From NCBI GenBank assembly GCA_039805465.1, contig JBDLUD010000001.1:3164-67163 (forward strand): a stretch of 64,000 nucleotides of DNA, written 5' to 3'. Made by a program: the position numbers and the translations under genes. How positions within the stretch are numbered: position 1 is the stretch's first letter; the number at the start of each line of letters is the position of its first letter. This DNA is from Pseudomonadota bacterium (GTDB lineage Bacteria; Pseudomonadota; Gammaproteobacteria; Burkholderiales; Burkholderiaceae). Positions 56,350 through 64,000 of this stretch are shown here, one piece after another. The notes beneath the pieces are model-generated. The model saw only the letters and a program-made list of their open reading frames with translations, was not told the origin of the DNA and did no database searches.

Positions 56350-57708
56350 TTAACGCTCAAAAACAGCGATCGATTCAATGTGAGAAGTGTGAGGGAACAT
56401 ATTGATCACGCCAGCGGCTTTCAATCGATAGCCTGCTTGTCCGACCAAAATGCCCACGTCTCTGGCCAAAGTCGCTGGATTGCAAGAAACATAAACGATG
56501 CGCTTAGGCAAATAAGCCTTGACGTCAGCATCGCCTGAATGAGCCATCATGCCCAGCGCCGTAGCTAAAGCCATCGCACCATCGCGCGGAGGATCAATCA
56601 ACCATTTATCAGCCTTACCCCATGACTCAATCACTTCTGGGGTCACTTCAAATAAATTACTGCAGGCAAAATTCACTCGGTCACCCAAATGATTGTGAAT
56701 GGCATTTTCCTTGCCTCTGGCTGTTAAAACATCACTGCCTTCAATGCCAAAAACTTCGGCTGCTGTTCTGGCCAGAGGTAATGTGAAATTACCAATGCCA
56801 CAAAACAAATCAATCACGCGTTCTGATGGTTGAGGGTCAAGCAGTTGAATCGCTTTACTGACCAACACCCTGTTCACTTGGTGGTTAACTTGCGTGAAGT
56901 CAGTTGGTTTGAACGGCATTTCAATATCAAACTCTGGAAGCCTGTAGCAAAGATGACTGTCTGCAGGATGCAGTGGATGAGCACTGTCAAGGCCGGCTGG
57001 CTGTAACCACATATCAATGTCATTCATTTGCGCAAAAGTAATCAGCATTTGCTGATCTTCACTGCTCAATGGCTCTAAGTGTCTTAGAACAAAAGCAGTT
57101 GTTAAAGAGCCCGGCGTCTTACCTTCACCAATAGCAAACTCAAGTTGTGCCAACTCACCAGGTATTGATAGTTGAGCAATCAACTCTCGCCAACGGGGCA
57201 ATAGATTGGACACATGGATTGGCAAAATATCACAGGACAACATGTCGGTGATGCGACTGCCCTTTTTTTGATGAAAGCCCACCAGCACTCGACCTTTAGG
57301 AATCTTGAAGATCGATAAACGGCCACGGTAGCGATACTCCCAAGTTGGGCCAGATATCGGTCGCAAAATAACTTCTGGACGAACACGACCCAGATACTTC
57401 AAGTTATCTTCCAAAACTCTTTGTTTCATGGCCAGTTGCGCTCTGGGATCTAAATGCTGCATCGAACAACCGCCGCACTCATTAAAAGAAGGACACTTTG
57501 GTGTGACGCGACTCGATGAAGTTTTGTAAATATGAGTGAGCTTGGCTAATTCAAATTTACTTTTTACTTTGTAAGATTGAAACTCAACATCTTCTCTAGG
57601 CAGTGCACCATCAATGAACACGACCTTACCAGGTACGCCATTTTCATCCAATGGTCTAGCAACGCCTTGCGCTTCAAGATTCAGAGATTCAACAATGACT
57701 CGGGTCAC
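56350..57708 (-). CDS. rlmD: 23S rRNA m5U1939 methyltransferase
   Basis: TRAM domain, C...CGGC Fe-S motif, FTQVN, DLFCGIGNF, DPPR, YVSCNPATLARD. Confidence 0.95.
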   Translation of the reverse strand: MTRVIVESLNLEAQGVARPLDENGVPGKVVFIDGALPREDVEFQSYKVKSKFELAKLTHIYKTSSSRVTPKCPSFNECGGCSMQHLDPRAQLAMKQRVLEDNLKYLGRVRPEVILRPISGPTWEYRYRGRLSIFKIPKGRVLVGFHQKKGSRITDMLSCDILPIHVSNLLPRWRELIAQLSIPGELAQLEFAIGEGKTPGSLTTAFVLRHLEPLSSEDQQMLITFAQMNDIDMWLQPAGLDSAHPLHPADSHLCYRLPEFDIEMPFKPTDFTQVNHQVNRVLVSKAIQLLDPQPSERVIDLFCGIGNFTLPLARTAAEVFGIEGSDVLTARGKENAIHNHLGDRVNFACSNLFEVTPEVIESWGKADKWLIDPPRDGAMALATALGMMAHSGDADVKAYLPKRIVYVSCNPATLARDVGILVGQAGYRLKAAGVINMFPHTSHIESIAVFER

Positions 57709-58538
57709 AGGGTATCTTTTGAATCTGTAGAAAAGTTATTCAAGTACTCTTGCCAAAACGCACCATTGGCAGTTTTAGATTCTTTGAGTAATTCATTCTT
57801 AACAAACTGAATCTCCTCGTCATATTCCTCGGGAGACACACCGCCACGCATTCTTTGAAAACGACAGTAGACCAAATAAGTGTTCACAACATCGGTTTCA
57901 CAGTAATCCCGAATTTCTTTGATCTTGCCGTCTAAAAATCCCTGCCAAACCTGACCACCATCCATGCCCATTTTTCCAGGGAAGCCACATAGCTTTGCCA
58001 ATGCATCAAGCGGTGCATTGGCACGACCTGAGAACTTTGCCAGCAAATCCATCAAATCAATATGACGCATGTGATAACGACTGATGTAGTTGTTCCACTT
58101 GAAGTCTCTGCTATCACTATCGCCGCTCTCACCCATCTCCCAATACCTAGAAGACACCACGCCATTCAATAGAGCGCGGTAATGCAATACAGGTAAGTCA
58201 AAGCCACTGCCGTTCCAAGAGACCAATTGTGGCGTGTATTTTTCAATCAAATCAAAGAAGGCTTGAATGATTTCTTTTTCAGAGCTTCCAGGATCACCAA
58301 GACTACCTACTTTGAATTGGGGCGAACCGTCTTTGGTAGTACGTCGAATGACGCAAGAAATCGCCACCACCTTGTGCAAGTGCAATGGCATGAATTCACT
58401 ACCGGTCTTTTCTTTTCGAAGAGCCAACGCCTGATTAACCACCTCTTCATCAGAAACTGAATCAGGGATGTTTTCCAAACGACGGATACCAGCAGCATCT
58501 GGAATGGTTTCAATGTCAAAAACTAATACGCCTGCCAT
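57705..58538 (-). CDS. Stand-alone 3'-5' exonuclease (PolB proofreading-like, DEDDy)
   Basis: ExoI FDIET, ExoII WNGSGFD, ExoIII YCETD. Confidence 0.9.
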   Translation of the reverse strand: MAGVLVFDIETIPDAAGIRRLENIPDSVSDEEVVNQALALRKEKTGSEFMPLHLHKVVAISCVIRRTTKDGSPQFKVGSLGDPGSSEKEIIQAFFDLIEKYTPQLVSWNGSGFDLPVLHYRALLNGVVSSRYWEMGESGDSDSRDFKWNNYISRYHMRHIDLMDLLAKFSGRANAPLDALAKLCGFPGKMGMDGGQVWQGFLDGKIKEIRDYCETDVVNTYLVYCRFQRMRGGVSPEEYDEEIQFVKNELLKESKTANGAFWQEYLNNFSTDSKDTL

Positions 58539-58575
58539 GGAAAATATCTTTCTTTCAATTTGTTAGATATATGAA

Positions 58576-59535
58576 TCAATCATCTAGCACCGAACCTTTG
58601 TCCAAGCCATGACTCGATAAATGTTTCTTGAGTTTAATCAAAGATTCTTGCTGAATTTGACGAATACGCTCTTTGGATAAACCCAATTCTTTTGCAAGAC
58701 CTTCCAAGGTTGCTGGCTCTTGATTATCCAGCCCATAACGCCTGATGATGACCATGCGTTGATCGTCCTTTAAATTCTTCAACCAATTTCTCAACATGTC
58801 TTCCAATTGAGACTTCTCCACCTCTTCATCAGGCGCAGCGCTGCGGTCATCAGAAATAAAATCAAGCAAACTTGAACCCGGATCTAAATCTCGAGGGGCA
58901 TCCAAAGATGTGGTGTGCTCAGCCAACGCCAGAACATCAGCAACATCTTCGACTGATTTACCGGTCAAACTAGCGATATCTTCAAGATCTGGGGCTCTGC
59001 CTTCAGCACCCAAAGCTTGCTCTAAAAAACGGGTAGCTCTTAGTACTTGATTGATTTCTCGAATGACATGCACGGGTAAGCGAACTGTGCGAACCTGATT
59101 CATCAAAGCTTTTTCAACACTCTGCCTGATCCACCAAGTGGCATACGTTGAAAATCTAAAACCTCGTTCCGGCTCAAACTTATCTAGAGCGTGCATCAGC
59201 CCTAAGTTACCCTCCTCAATCAAATCAGGCAAAGGTAAACCGCGGTGCATGTAGGTTTTGGCAATACTGACAACCAAACGCAAATTGTGCTCAATCATGG
59301 CTTGTCTGGCTGAAAAATCACCAGCCTTGGCCTGGGTAGCCACTTTGAGCTCTTCTTCAGGAGTGAATAAAGGCTTGCTAGAAATTTGCTGAAGATAGCG
59401 CTGCACAGTGTCCGCAGACAATTCGGCCGCTAAAACCTCTTTTAATTCATCTGCATCCAGCGCTTGATTATTTAAATCAGTTAGCTCAGAAAAGTCATTG
59501 AATGAGCTGTTGTCTGAGTCTATTGATTTGGTCAT
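58576..59535 (-). CDS. rpoS: RNA polymerase sigma factor RpoS
   Basis: NLRLVVSIAK, DLIEEGNLGL, GFRFSTYATWWIRQ, RTVRLPVH, ERIRQIQ; follows nlpD. Confidence 0.93.
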   Translation of the reverse strand: MTKSIDSDNSSFNDFSELTDLNNQALDADELKEVLAAELSADTVQRYLQQISSKPLFTPEEELKVATQAKAGDFSARQAMIEHNLRLVVSIAKTYMHRGLPLPDLIEEGNLGLMHALDKFEPERGFRFSTYATWWIRQSVEKALMNQVRTVRLPVHVIREINQVLRATRFLEQALGAEGRAPDLEDIASLTGKSVEDVADVLALAEHTTSLDAPRDLDPGSSLLDFISDDRSAAPDEEVEKSQLEDMLRNWLKNLKDDQRMVIIRRYGLDNQEPATLEGLAKELGLSKERIRQIQQESLIKLKKHLSSHGLDKGSVLDD

Positions 59536-59537
59536 AC

Positions 59538-60320
59538 TCAAGGAAGATAAGACATTGGATCAACAGGTTTACCGTGCTTACGAACTTCAAAATGTAATTT
59601 CACTTGATCAGCATCGGTATTGCCCATCTCAGCAATTTTTTGGGCTTTCTTGACCGTGTCACCTTCTTTTACAAGCAGTGTTTTGTTGTGAGCGTAGGCC
59701 GTTAAATAAGTATTGTCGTGTTTCACAATCAATAAATTGCCATAACCTCTCAAGCTGTTACCGGCATAAACCACTTTGCCATCTGCAGCAGCCTGAATCG
59801 GGTCACCTGACTTACCTGAAATACCAATGCCTTTATTTTTGCCTTCATCAAAGCGATCGATGACATTGCCTTTTGATGGCCAAGAAAGCTTGATGCCAGC
59901 ATCAGCTGCAGGCTCATTGTTTGATTTTTCTGCTTTGACTTCGTTCTTGGCAAGCTTCTCATCTTTCATTTGGTTAGATGGGCTTGGCTTTTCTTGCTTC
60001 ACTTCTACTTTAGAAGTCATGGCTTTGGCAGATCTTGGTGGTAACACACGAATCACTTGATCAACTTCGATTTGATTCATGTCAGCAATGTTGTTCCACT
60101 CTGCAATATCACGGTGTGATTGACCATGATCCAAGGCAATCCTTAATAAAGTATCGCCACGTTTGATGCGATAAAACCCTGCCTGAACTGGTTCGAGACT
60201 GGCACCTTTACCACCTGAACGATCAACCACGGGCGCGGGTGCAGAACGCGTGGCACAACCTGACTGAAATACAACAGTCGAAATTGCCAAAGAAATAATC
60301 AATAAACGAGGAAAATTCAT
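59538..60320 (-). CDS. nlpD: LysM/M23 lipoprotein NlpD
   Basis: Lipoprotein Cys (FQSGC), LysM (YRIKRGDTL), M23 (GYGNLLIVKH, YAHN, LHFEVR). Confidence 0.93.
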   Translation of the reverse strand: MNFPRLLIISLAISTVVFQSGCATRSAPAPVVDRSGGKGASLEPVQAGFYRIKRGDTLLRIALDHGQSHRDIAEWNNIADMNQIEVDQVIRVLPPRSAKAMTSKVEVKQEKPSPSNQMKDEKLAKNEVKAEKSNNEPAADAGIKLSWPSKGNVIDRFDEGKNKGIGISGKSGDPIQAAADGKVVYAGNSLRGYGNLLIVKHDNTYLTAYAHNKTLLVKEGDTVKKAQKIAEMGNTDADQVKLHFEVRKHGKPVDPMSYLP

Positions 60321-60361
60321 AAGCTCACAGCAGTCAATGACGCAATTAAATAGCGATTAAA

Positions 60362-61024
60362 TTACACAATACCTGATTGTAAAGGCACAAAAAATACTTC
60401 TTCAAGAACCGTTCTTTGGTAACGCTGTGAACTGACCCGTTCAACCACGACCAACTGCTGTTCTTCTTCATTTTTTGCCACAGGCGCCACCAATCGACCG
60501 CCGATGGCGAGTTGATCCAATAATGGGTCCGGGATACCTAAACCAGCAGCGGCCAGGATGATGCCATCAAATGGAGCGGCTTGCGGCAAGCCTCGGATGC
60601 CATCACCGTACACCAAGCGTAAATTCGGAATTCTGAAAGGTCTTAGCTTTGCTCTGGCCTGCTCATGCAAGGGCTTGATTCGCTCAATTGAATAAACCTC
60701 TTCGGCTACCAAACTCAAAATGGCTGCTTGGTAGCCACAACCTGTGCCAATTTCCAGGACCTTACCAAGGTCTTTTTTAGGGCGCAAGAGTAGTTCAACC
60801 ATGCGCGCCACCACCGATGGCTTGGAGATTGTTTGTTGATGACCAATAGGTAATGCTGAATCTTCATAGGCTCTTGCATCAAGAGCATGGTCAATGAATG
60901 CATGGCGAGGTACGGTTGCAATTGCTTCCAACACCTGACGATTACGCACACCACTAGCAGCAACTTTCTCCGCTAATTGCAGGCGAGCCTTATCGAACAT
61001 GGGATCTTTTTTAACCACAAGCAC
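60362..61024 (-). CDS. pcm: Protein-L-isoaspartate O-methyltransferase
   Basis: [30 protein letters not shown]. Start may be ATG at 61000. Confidence 0.95.
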   Translation of the reverse strand: MLVVKKDPMFDKARLQLAEKVAASGVRNRQVLEAIATVPRHAFIDHALDARAYEDSALPIGHQQTISKPSVVARMVELLLRPKKDLGKVLEIGTGCGYQAAILSLVAEEVYSIERIKPLHEQARAKLRPFRIPNLRLVYGDGIRGLPQAAPFDGIILAAAGLGIPDPLLDQLAIGGRLVAPVAKNEEEQQLVVVERVSSQRYQRTVLEEVFFVPLQSGIV

Positions 61025-61033
61025 CCTATTAAA

Positions 61034-61816
61034 TTAATTTTTTTGCCACTGAGACTGGATCATTTTTTCACGAGTCTTGAGATGGGATAAATCCAACTGC
61101 AAAGGAGTGATAGATACCTGTCCTTGATTGATCGCATGAAAATCGGTTCCCTCAGTTGCGTCTCTTGCATCACCAGGAGGGCCGATCCAATAAATAGGTT
61201 CACCACGCGGGTTGTTCTGCATGATCACATTTTGTGAGTGATGTCTGTTACCCAATCTGGTCACTCGCCATGACTTGAGAGATTCATAGGGAAGATTAGG
61301 AATATTGACGTTCAGCAATGTGGGCTTTTCACCAGCAGCTAAAACACCATCCACTGGAGAGTTGATTTGTTGCATCACGATATCTCTAGCGATTTGGGCA
61401 GCATCATCCAGTCTTGCCCAACCTTTGGCGACCTGAGAAAAAGCAATTGCTGGAATCCCAAACATCACTCCTTCAATGGCAGCAGCCACAGTGCCTGAGT
61501 AAAGAACATCTTCACCCATGTTTTCACCTTGATTGATGCCAGAAACCACCAAATCAGGTTTTGAATCTAGTAAACCGGTGAGCGCAATGTGAACGCAATC
61601 AGTGGGCGTACCGTTCACATACAAAAAGTTATCTCTATCGCCACCAGCCATGCGATTGACTGTGAGCGGCCTAGACAATGTCAATGAATTAGATGCTCCA
61701 CTGTGATTTTGCTCGGGAGCAATCACCGTGATCTTGCCCAAAGGACGCAGTGCATTCACCAACGCCAACAGACCAGGGGCAAGATAACCATCATCGTTTG
61801 CGATCAGAATGTGCAT
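61034..61816 (-). CDS. surE: 5'/3'-nucleotidase SurE
   Basis: [30 protein letters not shown]. Confidence 0.97.
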   Translation of the reverse strand: MHILIANDDGYLAPGLLALVNALRPLGKITVIAPEQNHSGASNSLTLSRPLTVNRMAGGDRDNFLYVNGTPTDCVHIALTGLLDSKPDLVVSGINQGENMGEDVLYSGTVAAAIEGVMFGIPAIAFSQVAKGWARLDDAAQIARDIVMQQINSPVDGVLAAGEKPTLLNVNIPNLPYESLKSWRVTRLGNRHHSQNVIMQNNPRGEPIYWIGPPGDARDATEGTDFHAINQGQVSITPLQLDLSHLKTREKMIQSQWQKN

Positions 61817-61829
61817 GAAATCCTAAAAA

Positions 61830-62456
61830 TTAACTGACTGAGCGACGATCCATCATCGCTCTTGCTAAGGTGCTGGCATCAACATACTCGAGCTCACCAC
61901 CCACTGGAACACCTCTGGCAATTCTGGATACCTTGATATCACGTACCTTCATGATTTCACCAATGTAATGAGCGGTCGCCTCACCTTCGCTGGTGAAGTT
62001 AGTGGCCAAAACAACTTCTTTGACAGGCTCCGGACTTTTCTCTACACGCTCAATCAATCGATCCAAATGAATTTCATTAGGGCCTAAGCCATCCAAGGGA
62101 GATAGTCGACCCATCAAAACGAAATACAAACCCTTATAAGTCAGGGTTTGTTCAACCATCAATTGATCCGCTGGGGTTTCAACCACACACAGGATGCTTG
62201 GGTCACGTCGATCATCAGAGCAAGTGCTGCAAATATTTAATTCGGAAAAAGTGTTGCACGATGAACAATGCTGAATATGGTTCACTGCATCAAGCAAACT
62301 TTGACCTAACACCGCTGCACCATTGCGATCATGCTGTAACAAATGAAAAGCCATTCGTTGCGCAGACTTTGGGCCAACACCTGGCAAAGCTCTCAAAGCT
62401 TGCACCATACGCTGCAAAGCATCTTGAGCTTGATCAGGGGATCTATTTTCTGACAT
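61830..62456 (-). CDS. recR: Recombination mediator RecR
   Basis: [12 protein letters not shown]4 zinc finger, Toprim ([18 protein letters not shown]). Confidence 0.97.
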   Translation of the reverse strand: MSENRSPDQAQDALQRMVQALRALPGVGPKSAQRMAFHLLQHDRNGAAVLGQSLLDAVNHIQHCSSCNTFSELNICSTCSDDRRDPSILCVVETPADQLMVEQTLTYKGLYFVLMGRLSPLDGLGPNEIHLDRLIERVEKSPEPVKEVVLATNFTSEGEATAHYIGEIMKVRDIKVSRIARGVPVGGELEYVDASTLARAMMDRRSVS

Positions 62457-62477
62457 CGTGACTATTCGCTAACAATC

Positions 62478-62801
62478 TCAAAATGGCAACTTAAAGCCTG
62501 GCGGCATTGGCATACCAGCCGTTGCACCAGACATCTTTTGACTAGATATTTGCTCAATTTGACGATAAGCATCTGCATAAGCAGTCACCAGTAAATCCTC
62601 AAGCATTTCTTTATCATCCATTGCAGCATCAGCAATTTCTACACGCTTCAAAGCATGCTTACCTGTCATTGTTACCTTGACAGAGCCGCCCGCAGCCTGA
62701 CCAATCACTTCCAAAGCCTCAAGCTCCGCTTGAGCACGCTTCATGTTTTCTTGCATCTGCTGAGCTTGCTTCATCAAGCCAGCAATATTACCTTTCATCA
62801 T
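62478..62801 (-). CDS. ybaB: YbaB/EbfC nucleoid-associated protein
   Basis: LMKQAQQMQ, EMLEDL, PPGFKLPF; between dnaX and recR. Confidence 0.95.
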   Translation of the reverse strand: MMKGNIAGLMKQAQQMQENMKRAQAELEALEVIGQAAGGSVKVTMTGKHALKRVEIADAAMDDKEMLEDLLVTAYADAYRQIEQISSQKMSGATAGMPMPPGFKLPF

Positions 62802-62840
62802 GCTTTATTTCTCCGAATGAATGTTTGGTTTTATGGATAA

Positions 62841-64000
62841 TTATTGAATGGGGCGAATACTGCCAGGCACGACTGTGGCACCAAATTCAGCTTGAATCGT
62901 TTTCACAAAATCATCGTTGGCAATCGACTCCTCTGCCCCTTCTTGTTTTTCTTGTTTGATCTTAGCCTCTACTGCTGCGATTGACTGACTGGCTTTACCA
63001 GTTTCAATCAAAATTGTGACTGATTTTCCGAGGTGATTAGATAAGGCTTCTTGCAAACGCAAAACATTTTCTTTACTTGCCAGTTGAGGCATTCCTACAA
63101 TCACCGTTGCTTTGACAGAATCACCTTGTTCATTCCAGTTTTGGAGTTCAGTTTGAAATGCCAACTGTTGCAACAAGCCTCTGACTGGCAAGGCTTTCAT
63201 CCATGACTGCCAATCTGGGTCTTCAGAGTTGTAAGTCACGGCAGATGTCTTGGGCGTTACAGTTGCTTGAGGAGCTGACTGAGTCTGCGCTGCTTGAGAA
63301 GTTGAACTAGTCACAGGAGCTGAAGCTGCTTTAACTGAATGACCAGTAACATTGGCTGCAGCTTTAGCAGCAGAACTGATCGAAGTGCCGCCTGCTCTTG
63401 GCGTTTGATTTGATGAACTTGATTTAGTTGAACCAGATCCATCACCAGGCTTAAAAGCCAGCATTCTAAGAAGTGCCATTGTGAAACCAGTTTGCTCATC
63501 TGGCGCCAAAGAAAGATCTGGGCGGCTGGTGATGGCAATTTGGTAATACAACTGAATATCTTCTTTGTTAAATTGAGATGCTAAGCGTCGAACTTCAGTT
63601 GCCTCCGGCCAATCATCTAATACTGCTGATGGAACTGTTTGACCTACAGCTATCTTTTGCAATAAAGAAGCAAGATCTTGGAGAGCAAGAGAAAAGGATG
63701 AGCTTCTAGCAGCCATTTCATCTGCAATAGCGATCAAAGCACCACCGTCACCGGTTCTCAATGCATCCAAAATTTGGATCAAGTATGTTTCATCCAAGGT
63801 ACCTAACATGGCACGTACGGCTGACTCAGTCACTGGACCTGCAGCATAGGCAATCGCCTGATCCGTCAAAGATAAAGCATCGCGCATCGACCCTTGAGCA
63901 GCTTTGGCCAAAATACGCAATGCGCCAATCTCTGACTTCACTTGCTCAGACTCAAGGATTTTTTCCAAATGCTCAACAATCGAAGGCACTGGCATTTGTT
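62841..64000 (-). CDS. dnaX: DNA polymerase III subunit gamma/tau (partial, 5' end outside window)
   Basis: GSMRDALSLTDQAIA, LAPDEQTGFTMALLRMLAF, linker, FGATVVPGSIRP C-terminus. Confidence 0.95.
   Translation of the reverse strand, partial: QMPVPSIVEHLEKILESEQVKSEIGALRILAKAAQGSMRDALSLTDQAIAYAAGPVTESAVRAMLGTLDETYLIQILDALRTGDGGALIAIADEMAARSSSFSLALQDLASLLQKIAVGQTVPSAVLDDWPEATEVRRLASQFNKEDIQLYYQIAITSRPDLSLAPDEQTGFTMALLRMLAFKPGDGSGSTKSSSSNQTPRAGGTSISSAAKAAANVTGHSVKAASAPVTSSTSQAAQTQSAPQATVTPKTSAVTYNSEDPDWQSWMKALPVRGLLQQLAFQTELQNWNEQGDSVKATVIVGMPQLASKENVLRLQEALSNHLGKSVTILIETGKASQSIAAVEAKIKQEKQEGAEESIANDDFVKTIQAEFGATVVPGSIRPIQ

Noticed and set aside
62841-64000. E. coli-style -1 frameshift site in dnaX
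   Set aside because: No A AAA AAG slippery heptamer or long A-run seen in the relevant coding region of the visible part.

Overview
Core-chromosome segment of a moderately AT-rich, streamlined Burkholderiaceae betaproteobacterium. Gene order and short intergenic gaps are Polynucleobacter-like; the genus is an inference. It is almost entirely housekeeping: nudix-aat-bpt-pyrD, iclR, pbpG, EamA/HDAC, phaP, the aceE-aceF-lpdA operon facing a FixL/FixJ-like two-component pair, folD, prlC, xth, glnA-ntrBC (clear sigma54 and NtrC sites), an uncharacterised five-gene envelope cluster, hrpA/argA, rpiA/tal, rnr-rlmB, the ndk-to-purA superoperon, yccA, and dnaX-to-rlmD including rpoS. I saw no tRNA, rRNA, CRISPR array, transposase or integrase, and I cannot support a large novel multi-gene system. 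The best leads are smaller. (1) An anti-Shine-Dalgarno 'toxic sRNA'-type element behind phaP whose seed is complementary to the aceE ribosome-binding site. (2) A shared 15-bp pseudo-palindrome upstream of iclR and aceE. (3) An AT-rich tandem pair of DUF1640/CCDC90-like membrane coiled-coil genes, the only accessory-looking DNA. (4) A recurrent leaderless-type architecture (-10 box 6-8 nt before the start codon), including head-to-head hrpA/argA.
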